A stretch of DNA of 64,000 bases from an uncultured Gemmatimonadota bacterium (GTDB lineage: Bacteria > Gemmatimonadota > CAZMKB01 > CAZNLH01). Of this stretch, positions 48,926 to 56,718 are shown in pieces. Positions within the stretch are counted from its first letter, which is position 1; each line of letters begins with the position of its first letter. The DNA is taken from the NCBI GenBank assembly GCA_964577985.1, contig CAZOAR010000002.1, positions 13,130 through 77,129 on the forward strand, in the 5' to 3' direction. The position numbers and the translations under genes were made by a program. The notes under the pieces are model-generated. The model did not search any database. It was not told the origin of the DNA and was given only the letters and a program-made list of their open reading frames with translations.

Positions 48926-50641
48926 TTATTCATCGATTGTAACACCCAGGACCTCTTCAATCGTCGTTTCTCCCGACAGGACCTTCTTGAGACCGCTCTC
49001 CCTCAGCGAAGACATACCGTGAGATGCCGCAACCTCTTTAATTCTCGTGCTGTGCTGTTGCGTGAGTATGCAATTTCGGACTTCTTCGTTGATCACAAGA
49101 ATCTCTATGACAGCCTTTCTTCCCCGGAATCCAGTCATTCGGCACTTGTCGCATCCTCTGGCCTGAAAAAAGGTGGCCCCTTCCGGCACTTCCTCCCTGA
49201 AGACGCTCTTCAGCAGTTCGGGAGCGGGTTCGAACGGCTGCTTGCAGCTTTCGCACAACACACGGATGAGTCTCTGCGCGATTACTCCAGATACCGTCGA
49301 GGCAAGGAGAAATGGTTCCACTCCCATTTCGATGAACCTCGTGAGCGCGCTGGAGGCATCGTTCGTGTGAAAGGTGGCAAGAACAAGATGACCCGTCATA
49401 GCGGCGTGAATAGCAACATCTGTAGTCTCCCTGTCCCTTATCTCTCCAACCATTATCACGTCGGGATCCTGCCTGAGAATTGCCCGCAGGCCATTAGCAA
49501 AATTCATTCCCGCCTTCGGATTGACCTGAGACTGCCTGATCAACTCCAGCTGGTATTCGACAGGGTCCTCGATCGTGATGATGTTTTTGGAAACCGTATT
49601 TATCTCATTGAGCATCGCGTAGAGCGTGGTCGTCTTCCCGCTCCCCGTTGGTCCGGTTACGAGGATGAAGCCATATGGGTCCGCCAGCATCTCCTTCACT
49701 CTTTCCAGATCGTTCTCCTCGAGTCCCAGGTTCCTTATCCCCAGTGAGACAGCCCTCTTGTTCAACAACCGGAGCACAAGGTTCTCTCCGTGGATCGTGG
49801 GGAAGGTCGAGACCCTTACCCCGATATCTTCGGTAGGCAGATTGAGCTCGAAACGACCATCCTGGGGCACCCTGCTCTTGGCTATGTCGAGCTTCGCCAT
49901 TACCTTGATTCGCGAGATGACGGGCAGTTGCAGACCCGTCGGCAGAACAGACACCTCCGACATCTTGCCGTCCACTCTGAACCGGGTCCGCGTGAACTTC
50001 GCCTCGGGCTCGATGTGAATATCGCTGGCCTTTTCCTTGACCGCCTGAAGGATCAACTCATTTACAAACCGTACTATCGGCCCCTCCTGGATCAACCCTT
50101 CCAGGTTCTTGACGTTGTACTCCTCCTCGCCATCCTGTCCCGTCGACGACTCGGAGACCTCACTTATCGCATCGTCCAGCGTGGCGCTCGAACCGTAATA
50201 ATTTCTTATCGCTTTATCCATGGCGGACATCGAGCTGAGTGCGGGTTCTACTTCGAGACCGGTTTCTCTTCGGATCTCATCCTGCGCCACTATATCACTC
50301 GGGTCAACCATGGCAACATTGAGCGTATTGCCGAGTTTGAACAACGGTATCACTTTGTAGGTCTCTGCAAGCCATTTGGAAATCAGCGAGACCGTCTGGG
50401 GCTCTATCACGTAGTGTTCGAGGTCAATTGTAGGTATACCGAGCTGCTCGCTCAGTATGCCTGTAAGGTCCTCCTCACGGATGAATTCAAGATCGACCAG
50501 AACCTCGCCCAGTTTCCGGGTCGAACCTCCCTGGACCTCCAGTGCTTCCTGCAGTTGCGCCTCAGTGATGAGTCCTCCCGAGAGGAGGATGTCCCCGAGT
50601 TTATCCTGCTTTTTGCTGCTCACCATTCCCTCCCGAGCCAC
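48926..50641 (-). CDS. pilB: Type IV pilus assembly ATPase (GspE/PilB family)
   Basis: N-terminal T2SE_N domain. Walker A GPTGSGKTTTLYA. Asp/His boxes. Tetracysteine CESC…CDKC. Confidence 0.9.
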   Translation of the reverse strand: MAREGMVSSKKQDKLGDILLSGGLITEAQLQEALEVQGGSTRKLGEVLVDLEFIREEDLTGILSEQLGIPTIDLEHYVIEPQTVSLISKWLAETYKVIPLFKLGNTLNVAMVDPSDIVAQDEIRRETGLEVEPALSSMSAMDKAIRNYYGSSATLDDAISEVSESSTGQDGEEEYNVKNLEGLIQEGPIVRFVNELILQAVKEKASDIHIEPEAKFTRTRFRVDGKMSEVSVLPTGLQLPVISRIKVMAKLDIAKSRVPQDGRFELNLPTEDIGVRVSTFPTIHGENLVLRLLNKRAVSLGIRNLGLEENDLERVKEMLADPYGFILVTGPTGSGKTTTLYAMLNEINTVSKNIITIEDPVEYQLELIRQSQVNPKAGMNFANGLRAILRQDPDVIMVGEIRDRETTDVAIHAAMTGHLVLATFHTNDASSALTRFIEMGVEPFLLASTVSGVIAQRLIRVLCESCKQPFEPAPELLKSVFREEVPEGATFFQARGCDKCRMTGFRGRKAVIEILVINEEVRNCILTQQHSTRIKEVAASHGMSSLRESGLKKVLSGETTIEEVLGVTIDE

Positions 50642-51014
50642 TCGAGCCGTCAGCCCCCGTCAGCCTGTCTATCATTTCTATCACTTCTACAACGTCGAAC
50701 GGCTTGGTAAGATATTCGTCAGCTCCCACCTCTTTGCCCATGCTGACGTGATGTGTATCGGTCTTGGCGGTCAGGAGAACTACAGGAATGCCGCTGTACT
50801 GAGAATCGTATTTCAACATCCGGCAGACCTTGTATCCATCGAGATTGGGCATCATGATGTCCAGGAGGATGACATCGGGCTCGAGGCTGCGCGCTCTGTC
50901 CAGGGCCTCCAGACCATCATTCGCCTCAAGTACCTCGTGTCCATGCGCCTCGAGGACAAACCTCAAGGTCTCCACGATATCCAGCTCATCGTCGACGACC
51001 AGCACCCTCGCCAT
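50601..51014 (-). CDS. Response regulator, single receiver domain (CheY-like)
   Basis: MARVLVVDDE…ILLDIMMP…LTAKTD…KP. Confidence 0.8.
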   Translation of the reverse strand: MARVLVVDDELDIVETLRFVLEAHGHEVLEANDGLEALDRARSLEPDVILLDIMMPNLDGYKVCRMLKYDSQYSGIPVVLLTAKTDTHHVSMGKEVGADEYLTKPFDVVEVIEMIDRLTGADGSSGSGGNGEQQKAG

Positions 51015-51039
51015 CAGGGACCTCCTTTAATCCGCCGGA

Positions 51040-51450
51040 TCAACTGTGGCTCTCCATTTCTCGGAGGGGGCTATCCTCGACATCGTTGATCGGGACATAG
51101 AGCGAAACGACCCTCATGAACTCCTCCAGAGTAAACGGCTTTGTGAGAAATTCATTTGTGCCCACTTCATAACCCCTGGCCTTGTCCTTCTCGTCGCTCT
51201 TGGCGGTGAGCATGACGATGGGGATGTGTTGAAACTTCGAGTCGAACTTCAGATAACGACTCACCTGGAAGCCGTCGAGGCCCGGGAGCATGACATCCAG
51301 GATTATCAGGTCAGGATTCCACTTTCTCGCTTTTTCAAGCGCGTCAAGACCATCGGACGAGAAGAGGCACTCGTGACCGTAGCCCTCCAGCGTGAGCTTG
51401 AGGCTCTTCAGGATCTCCTCTTCGTCGTCTACCACGAGAATTCTCGACAT
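51040..51450 (-). CDS. Response regulator, single receiver domain (CheY-like)
   Basis: MSRILVVDDEEE…IILDVMLPGLDG…LTAKSD…KP. Confidence 0.8.
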   Translation of the reverse strand: MSRILVVDDEEEILKSLKLTLEGYGHECLFSSDGLDALEKARKWNPDLIILDVMLPGLDGFQVSRYLKFDSKFQHIPIVMLTAKSDEKDKARGYEVGTNEFLTKPFTLEEFMRVVSLYVPINDVEDSPLREMESHS

Positions 51451-51497
51451 TCATCCCTCCGCGGACAGGTGTTGTATAGCTCCGTACTGCTGCCTGA

Positions 51498-52439
51498 TCA
51501 GTTCTTTCTCTTGTCCACCTTGCAGACGCTCCCGGGGAACGTCTTTGCGTAGTTCTTCATCTCTGTGGCCACCTCGGCAGCCCTGATGTGGGAATCGATC
51601 TTCATATTTACGTTTGTGGCAACCCCTATGGAAATCGACAGCATCGGATGCCTTACAACGTTGCCCCGTCTGTCGGGAAGTTCCAGGAAACCTCTTTCCA
51701 GATCTTCTGCGTTGTAAAAGCCCGGGAGGGAAGTCTGGAACCGTGTAATGATCTCGTCGCACAACCTCCTCGCACGCTTCGGATGCGTGATGAGGATAAG
51801 GTCGTCACCGCCGATGTGACCTATGAAATCGTTCCTGTTCCCCATGTCGTCTACGACGTTGATTATGGTCTCGGCGACGTGCCTGATAACCTGATCACCA
51901 TGATTGTAGCCATAATGATCGTTATACGGCTTGAAGTTGTCGAGATCGAGATAGGCGAGTGCGAATTTCTGGTCTTCCTTGATCCTGCGGTCTATCTCTT
52001 TGTTGATGCTTATGTTGCCAGGCAGCTTTGTCAGGGGGTTTGAGCTCAGGCTCTTCTCGACCCTCCTTAGAATCATATTTATGCGCGCTCCGAATTCGTC
52101 CAGCTGAAAGGGCTTGCTGATGAAATCGTCCACACCCTCCTCGAACGCGAGAATCTTGTCGCTGTAATCCGATTTGACGGTTATCATGATCACCGGGATA
52201 TGTGCGGTGATAAAACTCTTTTTGAGTTGCGCGCAGACTTCCACGCCTGTCATCTCCGGGAGAAGGAGGTCGAGAAGAATCAGATCGGGACGGGCCTCCT
52301 GGGCCTGGTCAAGTGCAGCTTTCCCATCATAGGCCTCGAAACACTCGAACCCCTTTTCTTCGAGGTTGAAACGGAGCAGTTTCACAAAGTTCTTTTCGTC
52401 ATCGACTATCAGCACTTTTTTCTTCGCGATGGTTTCCAT
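51498..52439 (-). CDS. Response regulator receiver fused to a GGDEF domain with a degenerate active-site motif
   Basis: Receiver (KVLIVDDEKN…ILLDLLLPEMTG…). GGDEF fold (…LTKLPGN…YLDLDNFKPYNDHYGYNHGDQVI…) in which the GG(D/E)EF site reads GGDDL (IGHIGGDDLILI). Confidence 0.8.
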   Translation of the reverse strand: METIAKKKVLIVDDEKNFVKLLRFNLEEKGFECFEAYDGKAALDQAQEARPDLILLDLLLPEMTGVEVCAQLKKSFITAHIPVIMITVKSDYSDKILAFEEGVDDFISKPFQLDEFGARINMILRRVEKSLSSNPLTKLPGNISINKEIDRRIKEDQKFALAYLDLDNFKPYNDHYGYNHGDQVIRHVAETIINVVDDMGNRNDFIGHIGGDDLILITHPKRARRLCDEIITRFQTSLPGFYNAEDLERGFLELPDRRGNVVRHPMLSISIGVATNVNMKIDSHIRAAEVATEMKNYAKTFPGSVCKVDKRKN

Positions 52440-52903
52440 CAGGAGGTCCCCTTTTTCTTTTCTAAAAGGTCCTTCACTTTCTTTTCAAGCTCATCAATGT
52501 CGAAGGGCTTGTACATGAAATCTTCCGCCATGCTCCAGGACCTGAGCAACTTCTCTTTTCCGGTGTCTGAGAACTTGGCCCCGGTCAATATCAATATAGG
52601 GATGTATTCGGAATCCGGTTTTCCCCTCATCTCTTCCTTTACGATTCGTGAGACTTCATATCCATTCAACTTTGGAAGAAGGACATCGAGTATGATGAGA
52701 TCGGGATTTTCGGCTATGGCGGCGCCGAGCGCCTCATAACCGTTCTCGGCGGTGATTATCTCATAGCCTTCCTGCTCCAGGACAAACTGGATCATGGCCA
52801 CGGTATCCGGTTCGTCATCGACAACCAGGATTTTCTCTCTTTCGATCCCGGTGACGTCTTCTCCCACGACAACCACCTCACTTTTCCAGGTCTGACACGC
52901 CAA
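52439..52903 (-). CDS. Response regulator, single receiver domain
   Basis: KILVVDDEPDT…IILDVLLPKLNG…LTGAK…KP. Confidence 0.75.
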   Translation of the reverse strand: MACQTWKSEVVVVGEDVTGIEREKILVVDDEPDTVAMIQFVLEQEGYEIITAENGYEALGAAIAENPDLIILDVLLPKLNGYEVSRIVKEEMRGKPDSEYIPILILTGAKFSDTGKEKLLRSWSMAEDFMYKPFDIDELEKKVKDLLEKKKGTS

Positions 52904-53138
52904 TTACGAAAAGGGCGGTCTTTTTTCTCAGTCTTGAAATCAATTGACAGTTGTAGCAGTCTACTCTTCCTTCTTCATACATCCAGCAATCAAGGAGTTT
53001 GTCGACTTTGTCTAGCAGATCCTGTGCCCTGATCTTCCTGATTTCCGCCATCTTGATCTGATTAATCTGGAGAGTCAGACCCCTGATTACCTCTTCCTCT
53101 TCCTGGAAGATTCCGCAGTGAATTTTGGCACCTTTCAA
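52878..53138 (-). CDS. Small Cys-containing hypothetical protein at the head of the response-regulator/pilus gene string
   Basis: 86-aa ORF with a 26-nt overlap onto the next gene. Cys pattern HCG…DCW…DCYNC. No family recognised. Confidence 0.3.
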   Translation of the reverse strand: MKGAKIHCGIFQEEEEVIRGLTLQINQIKMAEIRKIRAQDLLDKVDKLLDCWMYEEGRVDCYNCQLISRLRKKTALFVIGVSDLEK

Positions 53139-53393
53139 TTTACCTGTCCCCTCTTCTTATTGTTGTCCGGCAACATGGTTCAACTCCCGCCATCCAGGGT
53201 GCACGAATTCTACGAGCAGGACTATCAATAAGCATGCCATATCGGGCGACGTTGTTCAGAAGATAGAAAAGGGGATCCTCATATAGAGGACGAGGCGGCG
53301 CTGGAGTTGAATGAGCGCATTTGGGGCTGTTTTCCAGAGGTATGTTATTTCGCCATGTTCAAGGCGGGAAGTGAGGATCGAGGAAATATTTTC

Positions 53394-54425
53394 CTACAGG
53401 ACGTCCGGATCGTGATCCGGTGGCCGTGTCGGATCTTCCGGAGGAAGGCCATTTGCATCCTCCGCTGGGACAGCCTTGAAGAGTTTCGGCTGTTCAGACA
53501 GCAATTCGATCCCGTCAGGAAGCTCTATCATCGGGGAGTAGTAGGTCTCCCCAACTGGAGGGTCGTTGATTTCTATATATACATCAATTTCGTTCTTGTT
53601 GAGCACCTGGATAAGGGAAATAGGTCCGATGACTGCAAGTTCTATGTTGCCAGGCTGAACAGAGAACTCGTCCCGGAGCCTGCCCCTGATGGTAATAGGA
53701 ATCTCCCCGAGCTCAATTTCGACAAATTTCTCAACCTTCCCGGATAGCGTGACCTTTTTCACGCTGGGCGCTACCGTCCTCATGCCGGAAAGATCGAGCG
53801 GCAGCGAGATGTCAAATGAATCCTTCACGCCATCTACCACACCTTCCACAGTCATTATCGAGTCAACGTTACTGAGCTCCCCTCGCGCGCCACTCAACAA
53901 GACGGTGGGCGGGTCTATGGAGACACCGCCGGCAAGCACATATCCTTCATCGGGCACGATCCTCAGGCGAGACACGATCGTCAACTCCCTCTCTATAAGC
54001 CTGTCCAGGGCCAGATGAAGTTCGGCCGGGGACTTGACCCCGAGCGGGATGAGGTTGATGTCCGAGGGCATGGATAGAGATGAGACATCGAGACTCAGGT
54101 CTCTCACCCCCACATCACTCCCTTCTACCTCTTTGACGAAAAACGGCTTTTTCCACCAGAGCTTCAACAGCTCTTTGCCTGTCCCCGCGAATATTATGCT
54201 CACCTCGGATGGAGGCTCGTTCACAATCACAAGTGTCGTGTCGGAGACCACTATCTCGAGAGGGACCGGGTAGTCAAGCTGGTGAGCCTGGTCAGTCACC
54301 GCGTGAAACCAGAGAAAAAGACCGAGTACGAGGGCTATGACCTTCAGAAGGATATTTTTCGAAAACCATCCTCTTAAAGATGCCAAAAGGTGTGGATCAG
54401 ATCCTGGTCTCACTCTCCCGGGCAT
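53394..54425 (-). CDS. YbbR-like domain protein (CdaR family)
   Basis: N-terminal TM segment …LKVIALVLGLFLWFHAV… followed by repeated YbbR-like beta domains. No CdaA is adjacent. Confidence 0.7.
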   Translation of the reverse strand: MPGRVRPGSDPHLLASLRGWFSKNILLKVIALVLGLFLWFHAVTDQAHQLDYPVPLEIVVSDTTLVIVNEPPSEVSIIFAGTGKELLKLWWKKPFFVKEVEGSDVGVRDLSLDVSSLSMPSDINLIPLGVKSPAELHLALDRLIERELTIVSRLRIVPDEGYVLAGGVSIDPPTVLLSGARGELSNVDSIMTVEGVVDGVKDSFDISLPLDLSGMRTVAPSVKKVTLSGKVEKFVEIELGEIPITIRGRLRDEFSVQPGNIELAVIGPISLIQVLNKNEIDVYIEINDPPVGETYYSPMIELPDGIELLSEQPKLFKAVPAEDANGLPPEDPTRPPDHDPDVL

Positions 54426-54488
54426 GATCTCCGATCTCCGGTAATCAGGTCGAATCTATCGGCTGAAGGCAACCCGGTCAACAGTAAT

Positions 54489-54857
54489 TTATGTTTTATC
54501 TTTATGCCGTTCCCGACTGCCATGTGTTTCGTGATAATAAGCGCCCTGCTCCTTAGTGTCAAGCTTTAATGAGGAGTGTCCCTGGAGGGATTTCCTGAGG
54601 CGGTTTTCATCTACTCTATATTTAAACGCCTTGCGGCCACAGACGAAGATAACCGGTATCTCTTCGCCATAGAGCCTGGTGAGCTCATCATCTTTCGAGA
54701 TGTCTATTTCACGATAAACGAACGGGATCTCCTGCTTCACCCTCATTATCACGTCCTTCGCCTTTCGGCAGAGAGAGCATCCCGACCGCGTATAGAGTGA
54801 AACGGTCAGGTTACTCGATTCTGATATATTTGCACCTTCCATCCTATTCAGCATCAT
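54489..54857 (-). CDS. Glutaredoxin-like protein (thioredoxin fold, CxxC = CSLC)
   Basis: …VSLYTRSGCSLCRKAKDV…IPVIFVCGR… resembles NrdH/glutaredoxin. Start Met uncertain (several Mets between 54842 and 54899). Sits immediately downstream of selenoprotein candidate A. Confidence 0.6.
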   Translation of the reverse strand: MMLNRMEGANISESSNLTVSLYTRSGCSLCRKAKDVIMRVKQEIPFVYREIDISKDDELTRLYGEEIPVIFVCGRKAFKYRVDENRLRKSLQGHSSLKLDTKEQGAYYHETHGSRERHKDKT

Positions 54858-55806
54858 AGATTCTCCGGAGCTGCGCCTTCCTCCTCGTCCTGTACTCATC
54901 CAGAAAAGGCAGCATCCCTGACTGGTCTTCGATGTCGGACCCGAGGGGAATCAATTCCGCGCTTTTCTGTTCAACGGGGCTATCGCCGAGCCCGAGATCC
55001 AGCCGCCCGAGAGAACGTCCGTGAGTCTCACCCTTCAGGACCACTGTTCCACCAACCAATATGGGATCGTAGATCCTTGTGCCACCGTGCCCCAGTATTA
55101 CCACGTCGAGGTTCTGGTACTTCTCTGCCAGTTTCCTGCCCTCATCGAAACCGACGTGGAACAAACCCACGAGGAGATCGACTTTATCCTTCAATTCTAT
55201 CGTGAGTTTCTCGACACGTTCATCCGGATCCGCCATAACCCATCCAGGGGCCATCATACCATCGCCGGTCGGCAGCGTGACACCTATCAACCCGATCTTC
55301 AACCCGCCCCTGTCGACAATCAGAGATGGTATGCCGACTTCCTCGCCCTCGAACTCGAGATTACACGAAAGAAGCGGTAGACGTCCAGAAAGACTCTCAA
55401 TGAATTGATTCCCCATGGCTAGATCTCGCTCGCCGGGGACAACGGCGTCATACTTCATCGCCGCCATAGCCTTTGCCAGTATATCCGATTTGAGCTCACC
55501 CAGCGGGTCCGGCGCCAGCGAGAAGTCGCCCACATTCACGAGCAGCACAGCCTGGCCCTCTTGTCTTATCTTATCGATCATCGTCGCCCGCCGGGCGATT
55601 CCACCCTGAAGGGGCTTCTTTCACCCGCACGGCTCCAGGTATCCCAGCTCGTCCGAACTGTACAGGATCGTCACCAGAGAAGATTCCTCGGCGGGAGAGG
55701 AGACCGGGAAAAGCAGCGCCGCCACACATGAAAGAAGGAGAAACAGTCCGGCCCCCGGAGATGAAATAACTCGGCCAATACGGGTCCCTGACAAGGAACT
55801 CATCAT
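54844..55806 (-). CDS. Candidate selenoprotein A: secreted degenerate metallophosphoesterase-like protein with in-frame TGA (Sec) at 55621..55623, motif …YLEPCG-U-KKP…
   Basis: ORF-track entries 55621..55806 and 54844..55581 are in the same frame (55623-55581=42) and separated only by TGA plus 13 sense codons (KKPLQGGIARRAT). Signal peptide. ILYSSDELG replaces the DxH motif-I, NVGDFS is motif II, GERDL replaces GNHE, and GHGG is retained. The ATG overlaps the TGA of the DtxR-like gene. Confidence 0.6.
55584..55598 (-). promoter_or_regulatory. Putative SECIS-like hairpin about 25 nt downstream of the UGA of selenoprotein A
   Basis: mRNA UCGCCCGGCGGGCGA (5-6 bp GC stem). The same nucleotide sequence occurs at the equivalent position in paralog B. 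Confidence 0.35.
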
Positions 55807-56666
55807 GTCACCTCCCTCACAAAAATCTCTCTGCCGACGGCCTTATCGAGCGCGACCGTTGTCTCGTCCACCTCCACCACGTAGCTGGGATGGCGCTGTT
55901 TGAGTCTGAGGACGCCGCCCGGCGCCAGTCCAAGCGTGCCGAGGCGCTCGAGCCTGCTCTGATAGCTTGGTGTTATGAACACAACACGTGCTTTCTTTCC
56001 CACTTCGAGGTTCGTCAATGGCGTCACAAGGGGTTCGATATGCGTTCCGAAGATCCTGCAGCAGTCGCCCCGGGGGATAGCCTTCCCGTGGGGACAGGTC
56101 GGGGGATGCCCGAGGAATGTGCACACCCTGTCGGTCACCTGAGGGCTCAATATGTGTTCGAACTTGCAGGCACTGCTGTGGGCCTCAGGATCGCCTACGT
56201 CGAGAATCTCCATGAGCAGTCGTTCTGCGAGCCGGTGACTGCGCACGATCTTTCTGGCGATCGCTCTCCCACGTTCCTTCATGAATATTTCGCCATCCCC
56301 GAGCGAGATCAGACCTCTATCCTCTATCGCTCTCAGCTGATCTGACAGCTGCCCCTTCCCCTTGAAATCCACTGAGTCATGCGGCGATTCATCGCTTTCC
56401 GCCTCTCGTGTCCCAGATTCGCCTTCGAGCATCGACACCTTGAGGCCGCCTTCTCCTCCACCCTCTTCCCACAACCACAACCTTTGGAGCAATTCTTCTA
56501 TGCGTTCTTCCAACTCTACTCTCCCTGGCTTTCTTCCCTGTGACTGAACCCGCGCTTGATGACAGCGCATATCCTGCCGATAATATCTACAATCTTCGAT
56601 TGGCCGACGACCTGATACCCGCAGCGGGGACAGCAGGCAAGATGGTTCCCGCTCGACAGGGGGCAA
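55803..56666 (-). CDS. DtxR/IdeR-family metal-dependent regulator with C-terminal FeoA/SH3-like domain
   Basis: …SHRLAERLLMEIL…, …CTFLGHPPTCPHGKAIP… (DtxR metal site). C-terminal …VGKKARVVFITP…LGLAPGGVLRLKQRHPSYVVEVDETTVAL (FeoA-like). N-terminal extension is atypical and the start is uncertain. Confidence 0.7.
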   Translation of the reverse strand: MPPVEREPSCLLSPLRVSGRRPIEDCRYYRQDMRCHQARVQSQGRKPGRVELEERIEELLQRLWLWEEGGGEGGLKVSMLEGESGTREAESDESPHDSVDFKGKGQLSDQLRAIEDRGLISLGDGEIFMKERGRAIARKIVRSHRLAERLLMEILDVGDPEAHSSACKFEHILSPQVTDRVCTFLGHPPTCPHGKAIPRGDCCRIFGTHIEPLVTPLTNLEVGKKARVVFITPSYQSRLERLGTLGLAPGGVLRLKQRHPSYVVEVDETTVALDKAVGREIFVREVT

Positions 56667-56718
56667 GTGGAGCAGCTCGAATTATCCCGATCGAATTCAA
56701 GACCACACAACTGACACG

